A stretch of DNA of 64,000 nt from the NCBI RefSeq assembly GCF_008831285.2, contig NC_045138.2:37448001-37512000 (forward strand). Direction: 5' to 3'. The translations under genes were made by a program, and so were the position numbers. This DNA comes from Nymphaea colorata (taxonomy: Eukaryota). Of the stretch, positions 12,801-26,300 are shown piece by piece (positions within the stretch are counted from its first letter, which is position 1; each line of letters starts with the position of its first letter). The notes beneath the pieces were generated by a model. The model did not search any database. It was not told the origin of the DNA and saw nothing but the letters and a program-made list of their open reading frames with translations.

Positions 12801-15800
12801 AAAGTCCAGTTAGGTCCATTGGCCCAGATCTCATTGGGCTGCTTTATGTAACTAGACTCATATCCACCTAAATCAGACCATAAATTTAGGGTTTCAAAAT
12901 AGCTTTGTGGGGCGTATGCCCCACAAAATCCCCACATGTTTTGCCCTTTAACCCCTCCTTTTCAATCTGACCTTAAAATCAATGCTACCAAAGATCTCCC
13001 AAAATACACTTTTTTATGTAAGATCCCAGACTATCAAACGCCACTTCTCAAACTTTCCCACGTGGTATATTATATATATCATTTTGTTCTGATTCTAGTC
13101 CAAAATTACTACATACTCAATAAATCCCACGAAAGAAAAAAATAATCTCATATAAAAGACAAGATAATTTCAGGAAGGCGGCAAAGTGTAAGAATTCTTT
13201 TATCTTCTGATCGCTTTCCATAACATGCGTATGAAACTGCATGCAATTGCCAGCATTCAAGATGGTTATAGATAAAGAGTTAAATTCCACGACATTGCCC
13301 ACATAGTCTAAATCTTTTTCTTGTTGTCCCTGTCCTGAGTTTGAACCTCAGGGCAAGGTACGAGGTTTAGCAGGAGGTCATGAGAAATGTACACAACATG
13401 AGATAAATACCAGGAAGGATACAAGAAGTGCACATGAAAGCAAAGATGGTGACACATGCAAAGTTGACAGGAGTTATAATGCAAAAGAAATTGGGAAGAA
13501 CAAGATTGCTAAAAACAGAAATGACAAAGAATTAAAAACGAATTGTTTAGATAAAAAAAATCACAGCAACACTCTCCTGTAATTGTGCCCTTCGATCCTA
13601 ATTGATGGATCCGTTTGTATTTAAGCTCGCTATTGTCGTTGAATGAAGAACCAGGAAAGCGAGGAGAGCTTTGTGACTCGTGCACGGAAGTTCTCGAAAA
13701 AAACTGACGCACGTCATTTAGTTTGCATTACTTTTTTCCTATCCCCGGTTTCCTTAGTTTTTAGCTTTGGCAGGCGTGGCATCTACAAAGTAGTGAAGTC
13801 CTCGTCCCACCGAGGCTTCTCTATAGAATTAATGAGAACCAAGACCTCGAGGGGTTATGGCACACCAGCTCGGGCATGTGGCTGGTCACTTGTTTGACTG
13901 GCATTAGCGTCAGTCCATTTAGTACCAGTGGGTTGGATAGTACACTAGCCGATGTGCATAAGGAGCCCCACACTAAGCAGACAACTTTGGAGCATAGGGG
14001 CAAGGGGAGGGGAGAAGGCCGACTCTTACCTGGGCGATGGGAAACTTCTCCCACTCACCAAAAGAATGAGAACCAAGATCGAGGCCTTAAACTATGAAGT
14101 AAAGGAGTATGATAATTTATCAATGACAAGACGCGCAGAAGGGATACATGATACATACACATTCATTTTGTTGTTATACCAGCTAGGTAATGAACCCGTC
14201 AGTTTGTTGTTGCTGAGGAACCTGCATAGATAACAATGTGTTTGTCTTTCAGAATAATGAGTAAAATATTTGTTTTGATAACAATGGAATGGGGCTCCTA
14301 GAACTTATAATAAAACTTTATTATGTACTACTCACACATCTTTTAGTGTTTTGCTGGTGAAGGATGGTGGAGCGGCTCCTGTCAAGTTGTTGAATGAAAG
14401 ATCCCTGTCAACAGCAGAAGGTCCATGCTTCGTGAACAGAATGCATGCTTTATGACAAGTTCCCTTAATCTACTAACTTATTCAAACAAATAACCAATTT
14501 GTATTAAAAAATGAAACCCGCACCATACGGGGAAAGAATTTTGTTATTATCTAGCTCATAGGAGATCAGATATCATAATCTATGAGATGAACCTGCGAAA
14601 ATGTTCTAACATCTGTAATTTTTGATGGTCCATATACTTAAAAAAAAAACACTGGCGACATCAATCATTATAATTATCTCTATGATATTTCTGTGTATTT
14701 AGCGATGTAATTTCAAATCATATGAGCAGTTCAGCATGTTTCGTATTTAGGTCTGCAGAAACTCAGAAGGCATTCATGCAGACCGCATTTGCAAAATCTG
14801 TGGAGGCGCAAAATCATCCAGCAAAGGACAGCCATGCACCCACGGCCCCCCACGTTTGAGGTGGAATAATCAACCTGTAGCAACCCAGCTAATCTGGCCA
14901 CCTGATTGGTGGATTTCAACCCAACAGCATAATTCAGTTCGGGATCCAACCTACTATAAATTGAAACACGAGGCAGTAAGTCCAAGCGTATACTATTTCT
15001 TTAAAAAATTTCAATGTATGACTATTTTCATGTTATTCTCAAAACAAGAATGAATCTTAGAGAGCTCATCTCGATGCAGCCAGCAGCTGGAAGACTGCCT
15101 CTGCTTACAAAGCGCTCCACCGGAGCACAGTGGCCTGACCAACCAAGAGGTTTTCCAAGCAACTCCAAACTAACTCCTAAGCTCATCACTATACATGCAA
15201 GAAACTTACAGTATCTGAAGACTTTTCAAGCTCCCAATGTATGATGGAATTTCACCGGAAAGCGAGCAATTTCTCAGTACCCTGCAGCATTCATGCATAT
15301 TGGTGAAAAATTCAAAACCGAATTTATCATGCAGTTGGTTAGGCGCTTACAGTTCTTTCAAATTTGTCAAATTCTGCAAAGGTGGGAATTTAGAACCGGG
15401 TCCCTGTAAATCACTAATTCTCCTGTTAACCACCGCAATCAACAATACAGAATTAGCAACTACTCTATCGGTCTTGGATCTCAGATTTGAAATCCACAGT
15501 GGACCAATTCCGAAGTAGTCCAGTTCATTTCAATGAAAGCATAAGAGAAAGATCATGGACTTACAGAACAAGCAAAGTCGCCAAGGTAGAAATGTTGGAA
15601 GGTATAGGACCTTCAATAGAAGTACCCATTATCATCCTGATTCAGTTTAACACAGAACATGTCAGGCGTGCTTTTACCTTTTAGCTTTTAAAATCTTAAT
15701 TTGGTTGTCACACGAAACGACACAGTTGCTAAACATCTGTGCAATGCTGCAATTTTTCCTCTTGAATGTTTTACAAGATTTGTTAAAACATGCTCAAATT

Positions 15801-17862
15801 TTAGAAAGTTTAATTTGACCAGTTTTTCTGTGACACAATTTTTTTCTCAACTGTACTTTATCAAAACGACAAACTTTCTCTACCCTCCAGAAAAGGCAAA
15901 TGCTAGCGTTGCCTTACTTTTTTCTCCTAGTAATTTACTTGGTAAAAACCTTTCGTGTAGGCCAAAAACATTGCCACCAACCAGACATCCAGAAAAGGCA
16001 TCACCGATATTGGGCGTGTTTTGGAAGACTTTTAAGTTTTGGTCTTTTGCCTGTCAGCCGGTACAAACCGATGAGCATCAATGCAGAAAACAGTTCACAT
16101 GATTCAAGGGCAATGGTGCGCATACAGGGTTTGAAGCTGAGTCCAGTTTTCGATGAAGCCAGGTATCGTCCCCGTAAGGTTGCTCCCGGTAAATCGGCTG
16201 CGCATGCAAAAAAAGAAAGAACGTTAAAATTTTGTCACACACATCTTGGCAAAAACAGGTCCAGAATGATGCAACTATATCTGTAGTTCAGTAAGTTCAG
16301 CTGCTTGTAGTTCATCCAACTTTCTCACACAATTCAATGCAGATTCCACGACTAAAAAAAGAAGAAGTTCCAAAAAAAGATCACAAACGGCACTGTTTTA
16401 TTGCATGTTAGAAATAAAGATGGCCAACCGCCCAAGAACACCTTGCACCACATGCATTCATTAAATATTTTTTTTTTTAGGAAAAATGGCGGACCGGACT
16501 CAAACTTGAGTCCACCTGGCCAAAAGGCTGGATTGGACTTGAAGCCTTCAAGCTCATCTGAAAAGGGTGAGAACTTAAAAGGAGTTCAACAAGGGAGCAG
16601 AGTTTTATCAGCATAGTCTAATTGGGGTTAGGTCGCATGCATCGTTTGAACGGTGTTAGTGATTCACTTACATCTCGGTCAAGTTTGCCAGTTTCGCAAA
16701 TGTTGAGGGCAACTCCCCTGTGAAGTAGTTCGAACTCAGGACCCTGCACGGATAACCAAAGGTCGAAATACGGTGCCAGTATCAGTTTTGTAAATGCCAA
16801 TCAAAATGGGCATATAATTATCAAAAAAAGTGACAAGCTGTCATCAAAAGCTACAAGCCATCCGCTCATTTCGGATCGGAACAATTCCTCTATTTCGTCT
16901 TTTTCAGATTTAAAAAAATTAAAATTAATTTAAAACGATCCTATATATATATATAATATATTAAATATGTGGACCAAGTAAATGAAAAGTTTGAGTGATA
17001 GCTGGATACGAATTAAAAGGAATGATAATGACATACAATCTTGTTAAACTGGTTAAGTTGCCAAGCTCTGGTGGAAGAGCTCCCTCAAGCCTGTTTGATT
17101 CCAGAACCCTGAAATGACAACAAAAAGAGAACAACAGGGATATGGTTAATAAACATAAACCAAAACCATCGCGTCCAATTCGTCCAGCTTATCTCCATCA
17201 GGTGAAAAGGAAAAAAGAAATTGGTACTTACAGCTCTCGAAGGGTACTAATGTTTCCGACCTCCTTTGGTATCGGCCCTGATATGCGGTTCACTATAGCG
17301 GACCTAAACAGAGGACAGATTGGAAAATCAAGGCAATCACTATGAAATGGATTTTTTTCTTTTTCGTTTTTACTGAGTTTTAAAGAAAGCAGGCCTGAAT
17401 CCACTTCAGAGAACTGGTAAAGCCCTTTAAGTTAACTCCACAATGGTACAACTATGACAATGAATTGTGCAGAAACTGACATCCACCGGAATTCATCATT
17501 AAAGGGAACTTACAATGAAACCAATGGCAAGGAACCCCAACTTGGTGGAATTGATCCGTTGAGATAGTTACGTGTTAGATCTCTGTACAAAACAAAATCA
17601 CTGTTAGCCATAAGTCTAGGATCTTTTTTTTTCTCAGTTGTTGGATGCAACTCAATATCGTTTCCCCATGTTCTAGAGTATCCAATTTGCTGCAAAAAAG
17701 AAGATCTGAATCCAAATTTTATAGTTGGATCTGGATCATGAGGAACTCGTGTCCAGATTCAACTCTTGCTTGATCTCGGCCTCATTTCTCCAGGTGTGGA
17801 TAGATCAGGGAAAATCTAAACTGAAATTCAGCCTGGATCAAGGGAATCAGAGACGCACCCAA

Positions 17863-17899
<37 letters not shown>

Positions 17900-20679
17900 T
17901 TTGTTTATCCGAAACGTATTCTGAATCCGGTTTTCCAAGCCACCAAATCAAGCAACATTAGTTTATCTCAGACATTTCCAATGGAAACTTTGGGGAGCTT
18001 AGTCCCTTCTTTATTAAAAAGGAATTGATGTACAGTAAAAAAGAAAAAAGAATACTAAGCATGAAACAACGGAAGGCTAAAAGCCCGGAACCTCCATCCA
18101 GAATCCCCAAAAACCAGAAATGAATTGCATGACATACAAGTTGGAGAAGGCAATGGAAACAATGTGCATCAAAATCAAAGAATTGCTTACATTTCCTGTA
18201 GGAAAGGAAGGTTGCTGAGCTCGTCAGGCAGTACTCCTGTCAGATTTTGAGTCTTCAGTTTGCTGGTTCATATGAGAAGATCAAAGAATTAACAAGGAAA
18301 CAATGGGAACGATCATTTGTAAGGGAGAGAGAGAGAGAGGTGCTCTCTAAACTCTAGTATTGTTGGGACAGGGGAATAGATATACGGGTTCAACTCATGG
18401 GGGGCATTTGAATCACTCTAAAACCATTTTTAGAGGTAAAAATGGTTTTGCTCATTTCATGCTCGTTTGAATTTTGCCGAAACCCATTTTTAGCAAAACT
18501 TGTTTTTCAAAAGCGAGTAAATAACCTGGCATCCCCAAGGCTATTCAGAATGAAAATGTGTTTTGGTCCTATTATCTAAACTTGTCCTAACATGTGCTTT
18601 TTTTTTTTTGGAAAATAATTTCGGTTTAACGAACGTTCTTCAGTAAATACATAATAAAACAATCCACCTATTGTTCTATAAACGGTTTGCTTTGAGGGAT
18701 CGAAAAATCTTACATGCTGACGACGTGGCATACAGTCCCATTTGCAAAAGAGCAATTGCATGTGACATTGTTCATGACAGCTGTGCTCGAGCCCGGCGTT
18801 AGCCACCCATTACTCCCTGAGCAAGGATCCACATTGAAATCCCAGACCTTCTTGAGCTTGCTTCCAATCACTTTGAGAGCAGCTACTGTTCAAAGCATGA
18901 AATGAAAATCAAAGTCACCACTTTCAAGTGCTTGAAATGCAATACGGACAAGCGATATGCGCCATTTTAAAAATAATGGGCTCATGGAACATTAAAACTT
19001 ATTTCAATAGAGTTGGTATTCCCTTCTTTTCTTTTTTTTTTTTTGGTTAAGAGGGCTATATAGAAACATTATCGATTAAATACCGAAAGGTACAATCTCA
19101 TTAAATTCTTCTTAAGCACGATACTGGTCGTGTCAAAAATTACTGACATATCGGTTGATGGGGCAAACATACGTTCAGTGGCTAAAACCCCATAGTCAAA
19201 TTTTCAGATACAGAGGTGGACCTGGAGTAACGTGGTTGAGTTCGTATCAGATTTCAGAAAAATCCTATATCCAACCTTTTGTCATCCCTGCTAGGATGCA
19301 CCGCTTGGGTTGGTCTGTCGACGAAAAGCCTGGCAGGGCCGAGACCGCACCAAGCATGGTTTTATGAAGAACAATTTTAAAAATAGTGTGATTCTGAATC
19401 CAAATTCAAATTGTATTTACATTTTACATTCTTATCTTTCCGTGTGCCTGAAATGACGAAAATACTCTTTAAGTTAAAAGAAAAAATGTGAAAGCACTCC
19501 CTTTACTAAAAAAAAAAAAAGAGAGAGAAAGTGAAGACCATTTAACAATATACAACATGCCCTTCATTGATCAGCAACGCAGTGGCTTTTAGTGGGTCAT
19601 CATTTTCCTAACACGAGAGGGTGGGGGCCGACGTAACCTCTGCGGACGACAGCTTTGTACTAGACTCGGGCCTCCCATGTCTTGTCTATTTAATGGGCAG
19701 AAAAAGAAAAAGAAGTGTACATGACGCAATATCAAAAGTAAATTACCTAAAAATATATTTGACCTTGTCTGATTTAGAGGTGTGTAATAGATGAAATTGA
19801 CGACACTTAGTGCGGAAAAGAATTAAGGCTCATTGAATGCCCTCTCAAGGAAGAACAAGCATGCACATATGAAAAAAAGGTAGTCTAAGCCCCCATATGA
19901 AACAGTATGCGAACGGAAGGGTCAATGTCAGCGAGGGACGGCAGCCCACCGGCAGCGAAGGCGGGGGGAATTTTGGTTGAAGCCGGCAGCAAGGTGGGCG
20001 GTTTCATCGGGTCAGGTTGGCGTCCGCTTTTAGACCCAACCCGGTAACCGCGCGATGACGTCCCACTGGATGGGCCGGAGGGCAGAAGGTCTTTATACAA
20101 AATGACACAAAGGGGCAGAGTCTCTTTAAATACATTGCCGAAACTGCCCTCTCCCTACGCGCGGCCAGAGAAGCGAAATCACATAAATGCCCCTCAGGAA
20201 CGACAAACCGGTGTACGTACGGATTCTGCTCTTCCAGATTCCATCGCAGAGATTTCCGGGACGATTCATCGTCGACTAGTTAAATGACATTCAGAAAAAC
20301 CGGAATAAGAACGTCCGGCGACGTTGCCGGAACGAAAGCAAGTGGCAAACGGTTCCAGTTGACCTAAAAACTGCGCAATCAATCGTCAATTTGTATAGTC
20401 CACAGGAATCACTGAAAAGATCAACGTTCGAGGAGGACCGAAAGTCGACAGATTTAGACGACGCGCTAAAAGTAGGCAAGCTTGCCGGATAATTCAGCAG
20501 AGAAAACTAAAAATGGATTGGCGGAGAGAAAGAGAGTGAGAAGTCTTGCCTTCATCGGCGACGAGCGTCGCGGCGTCGGCTCCGAAATTATGCGCGGGAT
20601 TCACGGCGAGCAGCAACAAGAGGAGGAAGAAGGAAGGGAAGAAGAGGTTGCGGAAAGAGCCGTGGCGGATTCTCTCCAT
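6845..20679 (-). CDS. Gene B: LRR-malectin receptor-like kinase, complete, 24 exons, about 1010 aa
   Basis: Exons in transcript order: 20679-20550 (signal peptide MERIRHGSF..., GC donor), 18885-18714, 18262-18191, 17582-17514, 17303-17232, 17108-17037, 16743-16672, 16197-16126, 15636-15565, 15422-15351, 15281-15210, 14404-14336, 14221-14159, 12481-12419, 12317-12279, 11454-11405, 11286-10916, 10836-10641, 10354-10205 (TM), 10126-10008, 9654-9444, 9193-8956, 8284-8134, 7210-6845. Total 3033 nt, in frame. GEGGFG, IAVK, HRD, DFG and APE are intact. Confidence 0.95.
13831..14078 (+). mobile_element. Candidate SINE-like insertion (about 220 bp) with a 14-bp target-site duplication in intron 13 of gene B
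   Basis: Exact direct repeat AATGAGAACCAAGA at 13831-13844 and 14065-14078 brackets a relatively GC-rich segment that ends in a short A-tract (CACCAAAAG). Confidence 0.5.
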
Positions 20680-22959
20680 CTCGTTCGCCCTCTCCTTCAC
20701 CGACTCTCAGTTCTCATCCACGATCGAGCGATGACGAAAACGAAGCTTAATCGATCTTCTCTCGGTTGATATCAGTAGGGAAGAGAGCGAGTTCTCCACG
20801 CCAGCTCATCAGCTTCTGTGAACGAAATCTGAACGAGGTAGAGAGGAAGAAATATCCTGGAAATTAGCCAATGACTGTTCTACCCTTTGTTAAGCATAAT
20901 TGCATTTACATAAATAGTAAGAGAGAAAAAAAAAAGTATATCCTTAGACAACTCTTCGAGTAGAGACAAAAAGGAGACCATTTTTAAAAATACATGCTTG
21001 CATGTTTATAAATATTAATTTATCATCAGACTTGCTTTTATTCAAAATCATTTTCATCCAAAAAAAATATTGATTTTTTTACTATTAAAATTTCAGTACT
21101 GTAAAGGCAATCAATTTTTTATGTATAAATGTTTTACTCGAAGCATAATTTTAGCAAATTTATGTTAAGATAGGTTAGATAGCAGAAGGAAGAAAAAGTA
21201 GTTCGATGCGAACACGGGAGATAAAGCCAAGAGGCATTAAATGTGCACATGGAATCTAAGACGTTGGTAACTGAGCAGCGGCTGGTAAACGAATTGAAGC
21301 AGCCACGTTTGACTGGGTTCTGGATTGGCTTGCACTTGGACCCAGCAGACCTTGACATTGTGATTATGACATTTGGGCATTCATGGCATCGAACCGCTGT
21401 CTCTACAAAAACCATCCTCATTGATCAGACAATAGTTTTCTCAATTCAGTTTGGAACATTATTGGATAAAATATGACGACCAATTTTGATGTTCATTTGG
21501 ATGTATTGTTTCATATGTTCGGGTTTGAATTGGATCAGGATGTAAATGAAGATGATTATATAACAGATCTGAATCTGAATTTAAATTTTGAAACCGGAAT
21601 CTTACTTTTAGGTTTGCATTCAATCCAAATATAACTACTTTTACATACAAACTGAGAATATAGCTGAACAATCTTATTATAAGTAGACTAAGAAACCGAC
21701 AAGCAGGAGATAAGTTCGAGGGAAAGTAAGGGATGTCAAGTTTCAAAGATCGTTTTCTTGATGTTGCTCTTGTAAGGCTTGCTTGATTTTCAATTCAAGG
21801 AGACATTGGCGAACACGCTAAAGTTGACCTCTTAAATTATTTGGGATTGCTTGTATGCGGCCCAATAAAAAAGTTCCACCGACTACTATGTACATAGCCG
21901 ATCCTCATCACCAGTCAATTGTCAATACTCACATGTCTTTTGAAAGTTTTATTTTGCGGACCAACTGAATGGATGTGATATTCGTGTATCAAACATAAAA
22001 GTAGACATGAATATATATTCTTTTATTTGTATAAGATGGATGTTCTAAAAATTTGGCTATTAAACCATATATTGCGAATCCTATTTAAGCATCTGATCTA
22101 TTTTTCTTTGTATACAAAAATCGCATTTTTTGTGGTTATCATTTGCAAAGAAAAATAATTGTAAAGTTTTAGCCACCTCTGGTTCGATTGGTGCAATGTA
22201 GAAATTTTTTTATTTTTTTTTTTTAGAAAAAAGTGAAGGATTGGATAAGTAGTTTCGCATGTGTTATACTCAGTAAACTATTAGGGCGCGTCCGGCTACT
22301 CGCTCAAGACGCCGTTTGAAGGCAAAACGGCGTCTAATTTGATAAGATGACTTTTATGCTCCTAAGTAACTGGATGGCTTACTCTTAATGATATGGCTCA
22401 ACGGCCCCCTGTAGCCGTGCATCCTTTAGATAGACGGCCTGGAAAGCTCTTTTGGGCATGCAACTTTCTGATTCTTTGCGACAAAAAAGCATTTCTGAAA
22501 TAGGAGCTGACCGACTTCAGAAGAACAAGATTTGGATCCAAATCACTCATTCTTCAAATATTCCATACGAATATGAAGGTACGATCAGAACTCAAACCTG
22601 TTCCGGATCCCTCCGGACAGTGTTCTGGGATGGGTTTTTGTGGATCTTTTGAGTGGCCGCTTGGGTTTTTTGAATGGACAAAAAACAATCTATTTAACAT
22701 TCTTGTCTTCTGATTTTATCTCGGGTGTTCCGCAACGTTTCTTTGCTTTAATTTGACAGCCTGCATATGTTTATGATGGTGTTGAGCAAATAATTATATG
22801 CCCATGGTTTATGAGTTTGTCTCCTTCCTGACCTTTATATGTTTATGAAACCTTTCTTCCATTTATAGTTCCCCCAACACATTATTCTGGTGTAGTTGTT
22901 ATCTCCAATTCTAATGACACCATATTTACTTCACTACAAGTTCTATTGAGTTAATTGAT

Positions 22960-23000
22960 CACAGACAGAGACAGAGACAGAGACAGAGAGAGAGAGAGAG
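22960..23000. repeat. (GACAGA)n(GA)n microsatellite downstream of gene C
   Basis: Directly visible. Confidence 0.85.
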
Positions 23001-23313
23001 TTCAATTTAGCACAATTTACGTGTACCGTCCAGTAAGGAGACGGAAAATAACTCGTAGTATCAAACAAATAATCAGCCTCTTATATCACTATTAACTGAC
23101 GTTTTATTGCTAGAAACTATAGAGAAAGAAGTCACGATCAGTACTGATTCGTTAACCAACAATCTAGCTCCCCATCTCGAGTAATCAACTTAATTTATTA
23201 AGTAGGACTAAAATTAATCTGCAGAATACCTACATATTTTTACAAACTTCTTTCCACCCCCTATCGAATTGAATCCACTGGCCTGCCTGAATTCTGAGGT
23301 TACCCACTGCTTG

Positions 23314-26300
23314 CTAAACCTGTGAACTTACTGTGGTAGACATGCTCTGATCGCTTTGGTAAATTTCTGAAGAGGCAATCCCCTTCCTATCTATGCTGGG
23401 ATTCGTCTCTGATGAGTCAATCCACAGCGACGGCTTATCAGTACTATAGGAGCTAGCCATCGACTCAGACAGAGAGATGGAGTCCTGATAGCAGCCGCTT
23501 GGCGGATGTGTGCTGCCCGTAAATTGTCTAGTGAGAGCTAATGAAGCCGGGTCTATAGCGGCCTTGCCTTCCAGGATCTCCACAGCCATGGACATGGTAG
23601 GCCTGAGTGTTGGAGACTGGTTGGTGCAGAGAAGAGCCAAGCTCAGCATCCTCAAGGCCTCCTCCTTGGAGTAGCTTTTTCCGAGACTCGGGTCCACCAG
23701 TTCCAGTAGGTTCCCTTCTTCTTTGAGTTCATAAGCCTGAATTAATTGCACAGTTGGCAGAGTATTAATTAGCATATCATTTCCCCAAGATTGCAGTAAA
23801 GAAAATGACGACATTTTAAGCTTCATGAGAAGAACATCGCACCCTTTCCAGAAGGATTCCAACCTTCTCCCTGGGTAAATAGGTTGAATTGCTTTCACCG
23901 CTAACTATTTCCAAGACCACAAGGCCGAAGCTGTAGACGTCAGCCTTGTCCGTCAAATGGCCTCTCGTGGCGTACTCCGGAGCCATGTACCCTCTGTCAT
24001 CGTAGCCAATATAAATGATCGTCTCAAACAGTACACTAATTTGAAAGCCAACAGAAGTGATATATATATATATAAGGTAAAAACAAGAAAAATGCTCAAG
24101 TAGTTGTATAATTTTTCATTCAACCAATTGTTGTCACAAACGCTGAAACGTAAAAGAACGTAAAGGTGAGCGTGTTTTTGTTTTTCATTTGAAAGAAGTG
24201 CCTGTTGGTAAATTATTCGTTCTTGATATAGTGATACAAAATGTTGGTTTCGACTGGGATGAACAAATTATAGTGCCCACTAGGCCTCTATGATCTCTGG
24301 AAATTCGTCATAAATTTGAGATGGGCTTGAGTAAAACATAGGAAAAAAAAGGTTAGCACACTAAATTTTTTGTCATAATGCCGAATAAAATAAAGTTATA
24401 CTTGAGGCTTTCCATGTTATGCTGTTAACATAGGAAAGCATGTTCCTACGTTTTATTAGATGGGTATTTTGGTAATTTTGTAGCGGAAAACTTTTTTGCC
24501 CACTTTTACCTTTACAAGGGAGGATGCTCAACTAACAGGAGCATTTTCCTTTTTGAGCCCATAAAATGTGAAGCCTCGACAAAAACAATAAAGTAATATT
24601 TTTTTTAAAAAAAAAGGAAACTTAAAAATCTTATGAAAGGAATGGAAATGGAGAAAGCACTTCAAATAATGGATCCTTACACAGTCCCGACTATTCGAGT
24701 GTTGCTGCGCGCATCATTTCCTTCATCAAGCTTGGCCAGACCAAAATCTGATATCTTGGCATTAAACTTCTTATCCAAAAGAATGTTTGCGGATTTGATG
24801 TCTCTATGAACAATCTTGAACATTGATTCCTCATGAAGATAAGCAAGGCCTCTCGCAACTCCAATGCAGATCTTGTACCTTGTTGGCCAATTCAGCTTTA
24901 ATCTGTCTTCAGCTGCACGACCTGCAGGTATGTTCACTTTCATCATGCAAATGCAAAATCTGAAGATGCCTAATCACGGTTGCCAAACTCGAACTCAGTA
25001 CTTTATCGATCATTTAAGAACGGTTTTAAGTGGAGAACACCACGTGGAAGCTTAGGATGCAAAGTAGGCTGCTCGAACCGTGTAGTTCAACTACGTTTCC
25101 TTACAAATCAATCACAACACAGAAAAGAGGAGGTTGTCATGGGTGTTGAGTTGAAGATCTTAGATCAAATACCAATAATGATATTTTGCAGCCTGAGCTT
25201 TTTCCATGGAGTTGTCATGATAAGGCATGGTGTTGGGTGCTAAACTGAGGTTTTCTTATGGAGGAGTGGCTCGTTAGTGGATTTGGCATTCAAGGGTTCC
25301 TCATAATTAGAAAAAAGAGGAAAACTTTCTCAGGACATGCTATATATCTTACCAAACAGAGCTTTTGCGAGGGAATTGTTTTCCAGATACTCGTATACGA
25401 GCATCAATTGGCTGCCTTCGGTACAGCATCCATATAACTTGACAAGGTTTGGATGTTGCAAAGTGGATATCATGCAAATCTCAGTCAAAAATTCCTTGTT
25501 CCCTTGTTTGGACTTCGCAGCGAGTTGCTTTACTGCAATTATTCTACCATCTGGCAGTAACCCCTGCTTTCATGCCACATAAGCGTGTGAAAAATAAGAT
25601 GATTAGTGCGAACCGTGAAGAAATATATAATTGATAAACTTCATGACCAATGGACAGTATACCTTGTAAACTGATCCAAATCCACCTTCTCCAATCTTAT
25701 TGGCAGGGTCAAAATTCTGTGTGGCCTCGTTTATCTGTTTAAGGCTGAAACACAGTTTCCGCTTCTCTAGGCATCTAAGTCCTGTAAGAGAAAGGAAGCA
25801 AGTGAACTTCAGGTTGAAACTTAGATATTCAGTAGGGAACTTTCTGGCATGCCCAGCAGAAAATAGATTGAGCCGAGAAGGTAGTTATCAGTTTAGAATT
25901 CAACGCTTTCATGTAAAAGGTAAATTATAATCTCAAACTTTCCAATAGGAAAAAGCCGATTGAAGGGCATATTGTGTGAAAAAAGGGAAAAATCGAGTTA
26001 AAATTTCACAATAAACTCCAGATAGAGCCAACTATGAAGCTTCAGCATAAAATTGAAGTGAGGAGTGAATAATTTACTTTACTGATCTACCAAGAAAATA
26101 TTACGACTATGTCCATTATCTTGGGACCCATTTTTCACTCACCTTCGTCCTTCTGTCTGCGGCTTCCAATACAGCCCTTCCACCAAAGCACTCCTAATAC
26201 AAAGAAGGTTATTGCAAGAAAACAGGCGATGACAATCACGATAATCTTCGCAGCTGTAATCTTGTCTCGGGCTTGAACAGAACCTCTGGGCACGAAATCT

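Noticed and set aside
12700..13045. Possible Tourist/Harbinger MITE (GGTTGTGTTTG...CAAACGCCAC); similar cases near 18400-18540 and 50885-51030
   Set aside because: TIRs are too degenerate and TSDs are not convincing by eye.
20680..20700. Longer N-terminus for gene B suggested by the ORF track (start 20700)
   Set aside because: That start is not an ATG. The ATG at 20679 matches the paralog starts (MERIR versus MEGIR) and exon 1 length.
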